From Azolla caroliniana (lineage: Eukaryota > Plantae > Polypodiophyta): a stretch of DNA of 64,000 nucleotides. Shown piece by piece: positions 25,383 through 37,352 of this stretch. The position numbers were made by a program, and so were the translations under genes. The DNA lies in assembly GCA_043228905.1 (NCBI GenBank), contig JBHGNT010000001.1, positions 26,660,001 through 26,724,000 of the forward strand, read 5' to 3'. Every line of letters starts with the position of its first letter. Position 1 is the first letter of the stretch. Below the pieces are notes generated by a model. The model worked only from the letters and a program-made list of their open reading frames with translations, was not told the DNA's origin and searched no databases.

Positions 25383-27384
25383 TTTTGTGTGAATTACTAT
25401 CAGGCATAGTATGAACCATACGTATCATACGTGCATTCGCATGTGAGAATGTTCCAATCATTCGAGCATGGTAAACACCCTCGAAGTATGGGAAATACCA
25501 TACTTTTGTATTCATTATTTATTATAAGGTAAAAAAAACTAAGGTAAAAAAGTGTAAAAAAAACATAAGAATGTTTTGATAACATATGCATTCTCATGAG
25601 AAAGAATGTTTGCTAGTGCATTTGAGTGTATTATGTACTATGCTATCAAGTTTTGATATAGAGAACCTATTGTTGTACACCGAGTAAATAATTGTTGCAT
25701 TCTCTTCAGCGATGCAATATCCTTCTACATCCATAAAAGATTGTCTAGATTTCAAGGAGGCTATGATGGTGGATCTCTTGATGAAATATGATGATAGACA
25801 ACATACGGAAGTACTTGTATCAATTAGAGAACATGTGTTTTGTGTGAGGCAGCCAAAATGTGGAAGACCTATATTGTTGTCATTCTCTCTCATGTAAGAC
25901 GAGATAAAATGGATCCGCAAGAGAATGGGAGCAATTGTAAATATTGAATGTCAATAAGAAAAAAATATCTTGGTAAATATTGTTCACATCACACCTCTTT
26001 CATGTGTGCCATATAATTATATCATGAAGTTTGTTTCGCTAATGTTTGTAAACCAATATTACCAACACATTTCTATACTTAGAATTTCTTCTTCTTCTTT
26101 TTCCAAAAAAAACACGCTTCACTTGACCCTACTTTAAAATTAAAAAACCTTCGATAGATTTAAAAGTTACAATCTACTTTTTATCCCCAAAAAGAAAACC
26201 TTTCACCATAAACCCTAAAGAACTCTTGTAATATTTAAAATTCTTGTGAGCAATATACTATATATATTTGTATTGAAATAAATTTTTATGTGGATCCTTT
26301 CTTACGTTTAAGTAAGAATTATTATCATGATAAAGTAACTAACGTAAGTGATAAGAGCTTAGGGCATAAATAATCATATGACGGCTCTCATACATTGCAT
26401 ATCTATAGGAAGGGAGGAGAAAATATTAGAATTTTGATCACAAATGAAACATTTCAAGTGTGTTCTTGATCTCGGCTCATATCACACATGACCCTGTTTT
26501 TCATATCATGGTAACATGAGCATGCTTGTTAATGTTCAAGAGTTTACATTCAATATTAGTTGACCAATTATGTGGAGTTTTCCCTCTTGGAACCATTTCC
26601 CAAGTTCCTATTTGCCTTTGATCCATACTCGTTAATGCTCTAAAATATGAACTTTGTGTTACATTGTCCCTAACTACGACCCCCACACTTTATCAATGGG
26701 CCGAAAGAACATCGGTGATTGGATCAAAAGGCATCTTATGCACATGTATAAGTGTGAGAAGGGCATGGATCCAAGTGTTACATGGAAGTATACAAGGATG
26801 TGTGTCCATAAGACTTACCAAGTGTTTTATAACATGTACACAATCCAATATCCAATATGTATGTATAAAAGAAAATAAAAGAACATGTACCCAAAAATTT
26901 CATTCAACATGCACAATCCAAAGTATAGTCTTATGATTAACATACACATCCAAGGCATAGTTGTATATTGAGACTATTGGCATGTATTCGTTGCATAGTG
27001 AGACAATTGTCATGTATCCAAATCTTTGGGTACACACACATGCAAAAGATGTAAACAGAAGGAGGAGAACCATGTGTCCAATCTTATCACTCTCTAAGCT
27101 TATCACCACTGCTAGCTAGATGCTTAGAAGATTAATAATCTATGTGTGCATCTTGGTAAATTTGTTCACCTAAATGCAAATATAGCTTGCCACCATATCT
27201 AAATGGGTTTTTGATAGAATAATACTCAAGCTGTTGATTTTTTATTATTATCTAAGTGGTTTCCCCCAAGGAACAAAGTACCATTGCATGTATGTACTAC
27301 ATTGAATGATGTCAAGGTATCCTATCCATCCTTTTAACACATTTGTAGCATGAATTTCCCAAGCAAAGAAAGGAACCTCCCAAA

Positions 27385-28080
27385 TCACAGAGCACATTCC
27401 AGCATGTCCTTGAACTCGAGGAGATTGATCTGCCCATCGCCATCTTGGTCGAAGCGACCGATCATCTCGACACACGAGCCGAGCTCGCACGCTTCTTCGT
27501 GAAAGCCCAAGCCACTCAGAACCTCCTGGAGCTCCCGGGGGGAGATGAAGCCATCATTATCCTTATCGAAGATACCGAAGACCTCGGAGAGGAGGCGATC
27601 ATCGTCCTCCTCCTCGAGCACCGGATGATGAACTTCATGCTCTACGAGTAAATGGTGGTGGTCGCGGCGGGGCCGGCCCATGCGAGTCATCTCGTAGAGG
27701 GAGAGGAAGTCATTATGGGTCACGAAGCGGGGGGACGAGGAGGAGGAGGGGCTCGTGTGCTCGAGGAAGAGGGAGGAGATGCTTTCACGGCTCATCCGGA
27801 GGCCTAGCCGGTCCAAGAAATGTCCGAGCTCTTCGCTCGAGAGCTTTCCGTCCTTGTTCTCGTCGAATGTTTCGAAGACTCGCGAGAGAAGGCCGACATC
27901 GCATGGTGGCCGACAAGGTGCCCCCGGGATGAGGCGGTGGCTCGACGAGGAAGGCCTTGGCCGGCCATAGAACCAAAGAATGTCGGCAGCTTCATTGAAA
28001 TCGGGCGAAACTACCCCATTTGATTTGGTACCCAAAGAAGAAGAAGTTGAGGGTTTAGATGGGGTATACTTAGGTTTCAT
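27385..28080 (-). CDS. Calmodulin-like (CML) EF-hand calcium-binding protein
   Basis: Intronless, GC-rich 231-aa ORF with EF-hand loops DENKDGKLSSEE, DKDNDGFISPRE and DQDGDGQINLLE. The second EF-hand is degenerate. Confidence 0.93.
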   Translation of the reverse strand: MKPKYTPSKPSTSSSLGTKSNGVVSPDFNEAADILWFYGRPRPSSSSHRLIPGAPCRPPCDVGLLSRVFETFDENKDGKLSSEELGHFLDRLGLRMSRESISSLFLEHTSPSSSSSPRFVTHNDFLSLYEMTRMGRPRRDHHHLLVEHEVHHPVLEEEDDDRLLSEVFGIFDKDNDGFISPRELQEVLSGLGFHEEACELGSCVEMIGRFDQDGDGQINLLEFKDMLECAL

Positions 28081-31000
28081 GGTACCAAGTAAGAAGATGG
28101 AGAGGTCAACAAGGAAAAGAGAGAGAGTGAGGAATTAGGGAAGAAGGATTTGTCATGCACCATTAAGCAACTAATCAATGCATCATTAATTAAGCGCTAA
28201 TCATGCACTAATCATGCACCGTTGAGCATGATTATCTAAGCACCGATCAAAGCAATCCATGCAACTTAGAAGTGGTGCTGTTTCATGCTCTTGTTTGTTT
28301 ATAAAGGGGCCCAAAAGAAACACAAACATACATAAAATCAAGGCTTTTGGTGTGTGTGGTGGGGTTGGGGGGGGAGGGGGCAGGAAGTTTCATGGAAGCT
28401 TCCTTTCCCTTTTGTTTTCTTGAAATATATGGGGGGATTTCTCTCCTTTCTTCTCGCTCTGCAGACTTCATTTTAAAAGGCATCCGTCTCTCTCATGGGG
28501 CAGTGGGCATGTATGTATGTATGGTATGGACCAAATGCAATCCTCGTTTTGGGTTCCCAATCTTACCCTTTTTAGAAAGCAGACCAACCCTTTTCTAGAA
28601 ACACACACATGTGTGTGTATACATATATATGTATAAATTAGGCATGCTTTTCTTCTCCATGACCATTTTTGGTAAAACCTTACCAATTGGGCTCTCACCA
28701 CCTTATTAATATGTTACCAACCGGGCTCATTCATAATTATATTAATTGTATGTAAAATCCACTTAGTTACAACAATTCTTAGTCTCCTCTACCTATCATA
28801 TGCCTATGTAGGGAGAGGGACGTTCTGTAATGCTACTAAAAAACCTGAATATGCATTTGAGGAAATGATCCCCACATGCTCTAACATCCAAAAATTCCAC
28901 ATGAGAATACCTTTAAGCTTCTTTATATAGGCTTTCACCCCATGTCTATTATCAAACATGAAAGCATTACGCATATTCCAATTGTGTTGTAGACCCCAAT
29001 AACGTAAAAATTGGAACAATATCTCCATCTCATCATTTGATCCATTTTGAACATATTAAGAAAAAACCCATTGTTGAGCTCTCTCTCTCTCTATGAACCA
29101 CCTCCAGGCTCATCTGGTCTTGCTAAGCTTGCCTAAGTTACAGTATAAACACTTGCTTTTACATACATGTGTGTTGTAACTTGCAACATATGTCATGTGT
29201 GTCGTAACACTTTCACACAAGCCAAGCCTTTCTTACGTGAAGTCAAGTCGAGAGAGATTTGTCACATACATCCCATCCTTGCACTCCACCCTACTTGCTC
29301 CTCTCTTCTTATACTTTCCAATGTTCTCTTCATTAAGTACAAATTACGATACTCCAATGCAAACCGTGTAAACTTAAGCGCAATGTTTTCTAAAATGTTA
29401 TGTCTAGCTTAATCTTTTCCCTCGCATGTTGTCCTAACTAATGTTAGTCAAGAGTTTTGCATTTTTACATGGAGCTTCTCATAGAAGATGATGACGGCAC
29501 ACTAGGGAACACACCAAGGTGAAAACACAAATAACTTGTGCAAGTTGAGCCATGATAACCTTAAAAGAAGTTCCAGGACATGCTAAATGCAATAGTGATT
29601 GATGATGAGCGCATAAAAGGTTGTCAATGCTTCTAATACAAACCAATGCCACATGTAGCGACAACAATACATCCACGCATGATTTGTTACTTGAATGTTG
29701 ACAACATAGGCATTAGTCATGAATCCAAAAACCTAATCATGGATTATTAATCAATCAACGATAATTATTTATGAGCCAAGAGATGGCTATATGTTGATTG
29801 TGATTGATTCCTATCCCTTCAGTCACCTTGTCGATGGAGGAATGCGACACTCCAATGTCATTTTCTAAAAAAAACCATCGTGTATTCAAGACTTTAGAAT
29901 TTTAAGATGTGAAAATGGGATTGCTAGTGAAGTTGGTGGTTGGCGAACTTGGACAATAATCAAATATAAAATGAAAACATATTAAGGTGTTGTCCCCATG
30001 CCTAACATATTTGTGATTTTTTATAATATTTGATGTGACCAAATTTAAACCACAAGATTTTTGTTGTCTTCAATTCTATGTGTTCTAGAATAAATATCAC
30101 GAACCATTTTGACAAGATGACTATATCAATGTTATTTAGTTATGGTAGAAGGCCCGAAAACTATCGAATTAGATCAATCACTTACATTCCATGAAAATAT
30201 TTAAATTTATTAGTAGGTATGGATAGAGGAGTATGCAATCTTGTTCATTTTTACTTAGACAAAAGACACATTGTAGACAACATAATTTATGTTATAGTTT
30301 CATAATCAAGCATTATCCTATACAAACAATGGCAACGCCTGTTTGTAATGGTGAAATAAATAGTATATCTTTACAACCTTGTAATGCATGGAGAACCTCA
30401 CAAATAATGTGCGATTTGGATATTATGCTTCGCATGAAAGACCTTTATGAATATTGAAAAACACTTAAACATATACTCGGCAAAGAAAATAAATTTTAGA
30501 AGATCAACTTAATGCATGGAAGAAACAAATTTTTTAGTGAACAATGATCCAATCTTCTCCAATGCATGTGAAGTATTTGAAGGATATTCAGGTTACTGAT
30601 CTTCCTTGAAAGTAAGCCAAATTATTAGATCAATGCTTTGAGAATCGAAACCATATTGAAATTGTTGACACTCAATCTATGATTGGATAAGTCACTACAT
30701 TTGCAAGGCGACAACTTGGTAACTATTCTTGGTAATGAAGCATTTGAAGGAGATTGGTAATACTCACCATTATTGTTTCCAAAGTGTTGAATCTTAGTTT
30801 TCCAAGGTATTGTGTTTATTTTCATTTTGATATTAACTATTTTTCTTGAGAGTGTCTCATGGTTGTGCTTGATACATGCCCTATGTTATCGTGAAGAATA
30901 TCACTTTTTTTGACATTCAATAACGTTGAAAACAATATGGATGATATATCATATGGAATATTGCATTTGCATTTCCAATGCAAGCTTCTTCACTAGTATA

Positions 31001-32010
31001 TGAACCATTTTAATGAAAAACTTGACAAACAAAAACTTTAACAAGAATGGCATGTGTATTAAGAATTGCTTCGAAGTGTAGTTCATACATTGAACGTTGT
31101 ATGAGGAATTTGAATGGATCACGGTAGAAACTTTGGAGACCAAATACAATTACACATATAATAATGATGATCAACCCTATTCAAATTAGCTAAAAGATTA
31201 AGATGTAAATAAAGGTAAGTGTTAACTCTATGTGAAATCCTAGTCCTAACTCATTGCGCTTTCACATCATATCCCCATTTGTTAGGCTTAATGTCTAAAA
31301 TAGTTGGTTGGCTAGCATTTCTCTCGCCCATAGTGAAGTTGTTATACCCATACAAATTTTTAACATATAATTTTAACTTTGGTTATGAGAAGCTGGCAAT
31401 GTTATGATGTGTATATGTTCTTATTCTAGGCTATGCCAAGGTTGTATGGTGATTGAAGCGTAAATTAAATTCATAATGAAGGATTAGATGGGAGTAAATG
31501 ATTATACATGCGTGCAAATTAACATTTAAAAAGTGACTTATAAATAGATAAATCACTGACATGAACCGATCTACACCGACATGAAATTTGTTGTGCTCAC
31601 ATCACCCATGTGTGAATAGATTATGGGTCCAAAAAAACGAGAGTTTTGTTTTTAGTGTAGAAACATCTTGATTTTACCCATGCATCCAAGATTTTGTTGT
31701 TTTTCCTTTAGTTCTGCAATATCTAAGTCATTATGGGATATTTCAACATTACATTATTTTGTACAATGCAAATATAAATTTCACTGGATTCCTTTAAATG
31801 GCTCTTGATCATTTCTCACCGTTGATATGTACACGATACACAAGAAATCCAAAATGCCAAGTACAAATGATGAGCAATTTTGAATATTATCAATTAATAC
31901 ATTATGTGCAATTGAAGCAGTTCACATATTCACTTCAATTATATACAATGTTTTTGAGGAATATTTTTAACATACACCATGATTTGACAGTTGAACAACG
32001 GCATCACAAC

Positions 32011-32382
32011 AATAGTTGTTAAAAAACGCGTATTCTATGTTCGTAGTGCGTTTTAGAATACTCTGAAGTATTCTACATGTATTCTATGTTTTAGAACTAG
32101 CGTTTTCTAAAATTTGATGTATTATGCGTATTTAACAAGTATTTATCATTTCAAAAAAAAAAACTTTTAAAAATCTTTAACATTTAAGAAGTATTTAACA
32201 TATTTTACAAGTATTCTACACATTCTAAATACTCTACATGTATTCTAAGTATTCTACACGTATTCTAAGTATTTAACATATTTTATCTATAAAATACGTA
32301 TTCTAAGTATTTAAAAAAAAGTTAGTATACTTGATGAATACGTATTCTATACGTATTTTATGCTAAGTATTTTTCAACAATA
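32011..32382 (+). mobile_element. hAT-like non-autonomous element, copy A
   Basis: Starts AATAGTTGTTA, is built from GTATTCTA subrepeats and ends TTCAACAATAG. It is the reverse complement, with indels, of 37055-37352. No clear TSD. Confidence 0.65.
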
Positions 32383-33365
32383 GAATATTGAACATCACAC
32401 ATTATCAAGAAAATGACTCAATTTGTTTCTCCTTTTATCCTTTGGGACAGATTAGTAATCATCATTCATATAAATGCATTAGGATCAACGGCCTAATTGT
32501 CTACTATAGCTAATTACACGCATACCATGTGCATGTGAATACTGGATCCAACAATATACTATTTGTCAACTCCAACTTTGCTGCAATCTGCGAGAAGAAT
32601 GCCAAATTCTATTAGGCCAATGCTTGGCCTACTAAATATTCTGCATATAATAATGCAAAAGTAATAGATTTGCAATAATTGTTGACGTTGTCATCATTAC
32701 TGAACAGTATATCCATTAGTCGGTTGTAATTCCACCTCTCATTGCCAAAAAATAGAATGTCTAAGAAATCAATCTTCTGATCCTCAACAATATTTCCTTA
32801 CTAGGAAACATTTCACTGCCGCACTTTGCATAATAAATGTTTAGGCCAACTCACAAAAAATGATGCGACTTCAATTAAAAGAATGCAAAACCAGAGTACA
32901 CTTTGTACATTGACTCAACATGTCAAATTGATAATAAGCTACCCTCAACTGTGACCAGAACTTAATGACCAATCACTTCATGGAGAGTTATTTCTATAGC
33001 ATTCCTCTCTTATCACAGCACTCATTCATTAATTGTAATACCAAGGTAAATGAGCGACTCCAAATCACCTGTTTACAAGCATTTTTTGCATTGAAATAAT
33101 CTTATAAACCACATACATGCCAAATTTCTTAATAACTTAGTACGGCACCTGTCCTATCAACAGTCCACTACTACATGTGGGCATTTTACAAATTTACATG
33201 AGATTTTTCTGTATGTTCTCAAGAGGATAAGCCCTTGAGAGCATCACCTCAGTTGCTGATGGAAGAAAAATCATATGTTCCATGACCAGCCAACAACTAC
33301 ATTTGAGTATTCTACATGTTCTCAAGAGATTTTTACATGTAGTCTTGAGTGGATCACCCCGGCTG

Positions 33366-35758
33366 CTAGTAGACAAATGATGGATTCATGGCTGTAGCAA
33401 CCCGCTGTCGAAGGTTGAACTTCCTTGCAATAATAGGTCGAACATCATCCACATCGACCAATGTCTCTAAAAATGGTATAAGCCCCATTAGGGCACTATC
33501 CGATTTGTCTTCAAACCAACTCTCAATTGGAATGCCATTATCAACTTGGAAGCCAAAAGCCTAAAACAAGCACAATACATATAATTTTCATATTCCCACT
33601 TTCTTCCATGGCGAAAGCTTTGAATGTCAAAAAAACATAAAGCTTTGAAAAGGAGTACCTGAGGGGAGTTATCCACAATGACAACTTTGGATAAGTCACG
33701 ACCTAAAATGGTTAGATCTTTCAGGTAATTGCCTTCAAAAAAAATGCATGAGTCTCTAAACACACGATGGCGAATCAATTGCTTTTTTGGATCCAACATA
33801 TTTAGAAGTTGGTCCGCATAGACACTTTGGCTGGCAGTAAACACAATTACTTCAAACATCTGAGCAACCTTTTCCATGAATGCCTGCAAATGAGGTCGAC
33901 ATCGCACACGTATGGTATACTCCTGAGAATTGAAGCTTACTGGTAAGGTGAAATCTGCATCTTCACAGTGCTCCAATGTGGAGTGAACCAAGGTCTCTGG
34001 ATATATTAAAATTAGTGTTCTATGAGATCTGTGAAAACCAAGATTTTGAACTTTGACTTTATAAATAAGAGAATGTGGTTATCATCAGGCTAGGCCAGAA
34101 AAGGGCTCCTTTGGATGACATACACAATTTCAAGTTTCCTAAGAAATTTGAACTGGCAAGCAAGTAACATGGATAAACATGCGTGCCCCTAACTATTCGC
34201 ATATTACCAGCATACTGCTTGGCTTTCAAAAATAACTGGAATACACATCTGTTTCACAAATTAGCAAAATATCCCTCAGTCTTTTTTAATTACCAGAACA
34301 CCCGTCATATTTACTTAGGCCAAATCTGTGATTAATGTGGTCGAAGTTTTAAGAAAAAACATACCATCCAGGTCTAAAACAAGTGTAACAGGAGGACAGC
34401 ATTGCGTTTGTTTTGGAATCACTATCGGAGGCCGACTTGACAATAGGAGTTCAGAGAGATCAGGCAAATGTTTTATGAAAAGATAAGGATCAAAGTCATT
34501 AAAGTCATCTTCATCTTCTATAGTATCGACTTGTCCAGATGCATGGCTATCATCGAAAGCGTTAGTTTGTTGAATGGCAAGGAATAATGAAGACTCTTCA
34601 GAATCATGTAAACCATCTTCTATTCTCTCTGCCATTTGCTCGGGGTCTCTATTTTCAACCTCAAGAGACCATCCTAAGCAATTCCCACCTACAACAAGAG
34701 TTTTGCATGTGCCAAGTGCTTCGTCATCAGGGCTATTTGCATCAGAGTTAGCATGGCTGATCCCAAGTGGTGATGAGGCATCCATAACACTAGATTCTGG
34801 AGTTTCAGCCATTTCAATTGCTGTCCCATCACTTCTAAACTCCGGTTTCATGTCCTTTTTCTTGGTTTTCTCGACCGTGGTGTCAGTTAGTTCAACTATA
34901 ACAAAAAGAATACGCCAAAATTGTTATCTTGTTTGTCAAAACATCTACATCAGAAGAAATGCTTCTCTAATCAAGTGGAAAATAGGAAGAAAAGTGTATA
35001 AACACAACGGCTATACCATTGCATGGGTAACTATTCACAGCATCGCCTTTAAATATATGAAAAACAGGAGAAAATATGGTATCTAATGCCGTAGAAACTC
35101 TCTGCAAAATAAAAGGGTTACTATAACCATTTGTGATTATGATAGAAAAACTGTGAAATTATAAATAACAGAAAATCGTGTGTACATTTTAAACTTTAAT
35201 CCTTGGATTCGGGATTAGGTTGTAAGTTATAAGGTTGGAATTTTATACTCTTGGGCTTCGGCTTTATATTTAAAAATTTACAGCTTCGGACTTAGGGTGC
35301 AGGGTTTTAGTTTTCGGTTCTAGGGTTTTGGGTTTTGAAAAAGAGAAGAATATTGACAATCCAACCATGAACGTACACATCACCTTTGGATCTGATGCTC
35401 CATTAATTCTGGGGACAGCTACCCTTAGGTAATGGCAAGCATCATTATCATGTCCAGTATCAGAGCCTTGCTTTGTCTTTCCTCTAAGAACAGTGCAAGT
35501 GTTTGACACAAGCTGAGATCCTGCCAGTAGAACAGAAAACAAAGACATATAAGTCTCTTAGAACTGTCAGCCTATTAACAAGAATACAACAATGGAGAAC
35601 ATCCTACCAGACTTCGAGGATGATGTTATTAACAGATTTGCCACAGTTTCCCACTGATCCACAGTCTTCTTATCTTCTCTTCCTTTCTTCCGCAAAATTC
35701 CAGATGCATGGTTGTTGACACTAGCTCTTTGTGATGATTTCCTAGTTCTAACTTTCAT
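33366..35758 (-). CDS. SCP1-like small CTD phosphatase (CTDSPL2/SSP4-like, FCP1 homology domain)
   Basis: Exons 35758-35608, 35520-35377, 34895-34365, 33996-33659 and 33560-33366 join in phase. HAD motif TLVLDLDETLVHS, plus VFTASQSVYADQLL, YLKDLTILGRDLSKVVIVDNSPQ and NGIPIESWF. The N-terminal exon boundaries are less certain. A probable 5'-UTR intron spans 35835-36699. Confidence 0.92.
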
Positions 35759-37054
35759 ATTTGCTCCACGAGCACTATGGGGAACCCATGGATGCTATAC
35801 AATGAAGAACTTTTGGGTTGTATCGTACTATCATCTGCAAAGAAAAATACAATTCAGTGATCATAACTTGTTTAAAATGAGAAAACAAAGTGTGGATGTT
35901 ACCAATGTGATTAACACCCCATCTTTCATTGTAATTGTACATTAATGGTTATTTAACTTCAAAAGGAGTTTAGAAGTTCTTTACTATAGGTAGTTTTAGA
36001 TAACGGAACAGGTTCTTCTGTATTTCTGAACAGCAAAGCAAGTGCTATATTTTCTCACTTAATAAGAATATATATACACATCTTGTGTTCAGAGAGGGAG
36101 TGAGATAAGATCTAAATTTAGTTACTTACTTAATCACGTGATTAGAGAGAGGTAATCAATAATTAATGGAGTACACATAAGTTGATGTTTCTGAATAGGA
36201 TGTTTCAGGAATTATACATTGAACTGTTAATTAGGAAATGAAACATGCATGTGTTTACTTCAAAACTAAAGGCTTGGTGCCAATTTAGGAACCTCAAATG
36301 TACTATTACAAAGCATAAATAATATTGAGCCATGGTTTGTTGGGAACACATGTAAAGAGAAGCTTTGGAATAATTCCAAGTACCACATTAACCAGTCGCA
36401 TGCATACATACATAACGAATAATCACATACTATTGATTCCAATTCATCACTTTTGATTCAAGGAACGGGGAGTCAGATATCGTTAATTCAACAGGCACAT
36501 GTATTGCTAATCCTATAATTTTTTCCAGTGGCTAGAAATCCCTTAGCATATAAGCATAAGGAAAGCGTAGATTTTACCATTAAGACGCTCTCTCTCTCTC
36601 TCTCTCTCTGAGAAAACTAATGCAAAAAGACTTTAAAAACCGCCTCACTAAACCCTAAAATCCAGAGGAGAGAAGAAACAAATGCAATAACGAAGCTAAC
36701 CTGATGTGTCCCCTGCAGAGAATGGCGATCGAAAGCTCGAGAGACAAAGCCGTTCTTGCCCCCCAAAAAAACAATTAGGGTTAGGGTTTGGACAGAGCAT
36801 AGTAGAGGGGACAGTGCGAAGAAGAAATTGGGAGCATAAAAAGGAATGGATAAAGATTATAATTGCAAGAAATAAAAGAAATAAAAATAATAAGAATAAT
36901 AAATACATAATAGTAGTAGTAATAAGAAGAAGAAGAAGGAAAGAAAACACAAGAGGGTAAAGTAAAGAACCAAAGATTTTCCGGCCAAAAGAGAGTTGAA
37001 AAGGAGAGACGTATGGACGGACGGACAAATGGACGGATGGACGGATGGATGGAC

Positions 37055-37352
37055 CGTTGTTGTAGAATACTTAGCGTACAATACACGTAGAATACATACA
37101 TATGCTACGTATTTTACAAGTATTCTAACTTTTCTTAAAAATACTTAGGATGCGTGTTTTATAGATAAAATATGTTAAATACTTCTTAAATTTTAAAGTT
37201 TTTGAAATGTTAAATACGCAGAATACGTCAAATTTTTAGAATACGTGAAAAATAGAAAAGTGGCAATTCTAAAACATAGAATACGTGTAGAATACTTAAG
37301 AGTATTCTAAAACTTATTCTAAACGTAGAATGCACATTTTCTAACAACTATG
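37055..37352 (-). mobile_element. hAT-like non-autonomous element, copy B
   Basis: Termini CGTTGTTG...CAACTATG with TAGAATAC subrepeats. Flanked by GGATGGAC / GGACGGAC (8 bp, 7/8 match), but these sit inside a GGAY microsatellite and may be coincidental. Confidence 0.7.

Noticed and set aside
25400-27240. ORFs of 60-108 aa between the LINE and the CML gene
   Set aside because: No recognisable domain or exon chain.
35190-35340. TAGGGTT-like words suggesting interstitial telomeric repeats
   Set aside because: Degenerate and non-tandem. No true (TTTAGGG)n array.
36696-37028. Upstream ORF as a coding first exon of the SCP1-like phosphatase
   Set aside because: Splicing 36700 to 35834 in that phase reaches a TGA overlapping the main ATG (CAA ATA TGA), so it is not in frame. 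Treated as 5' UTR.
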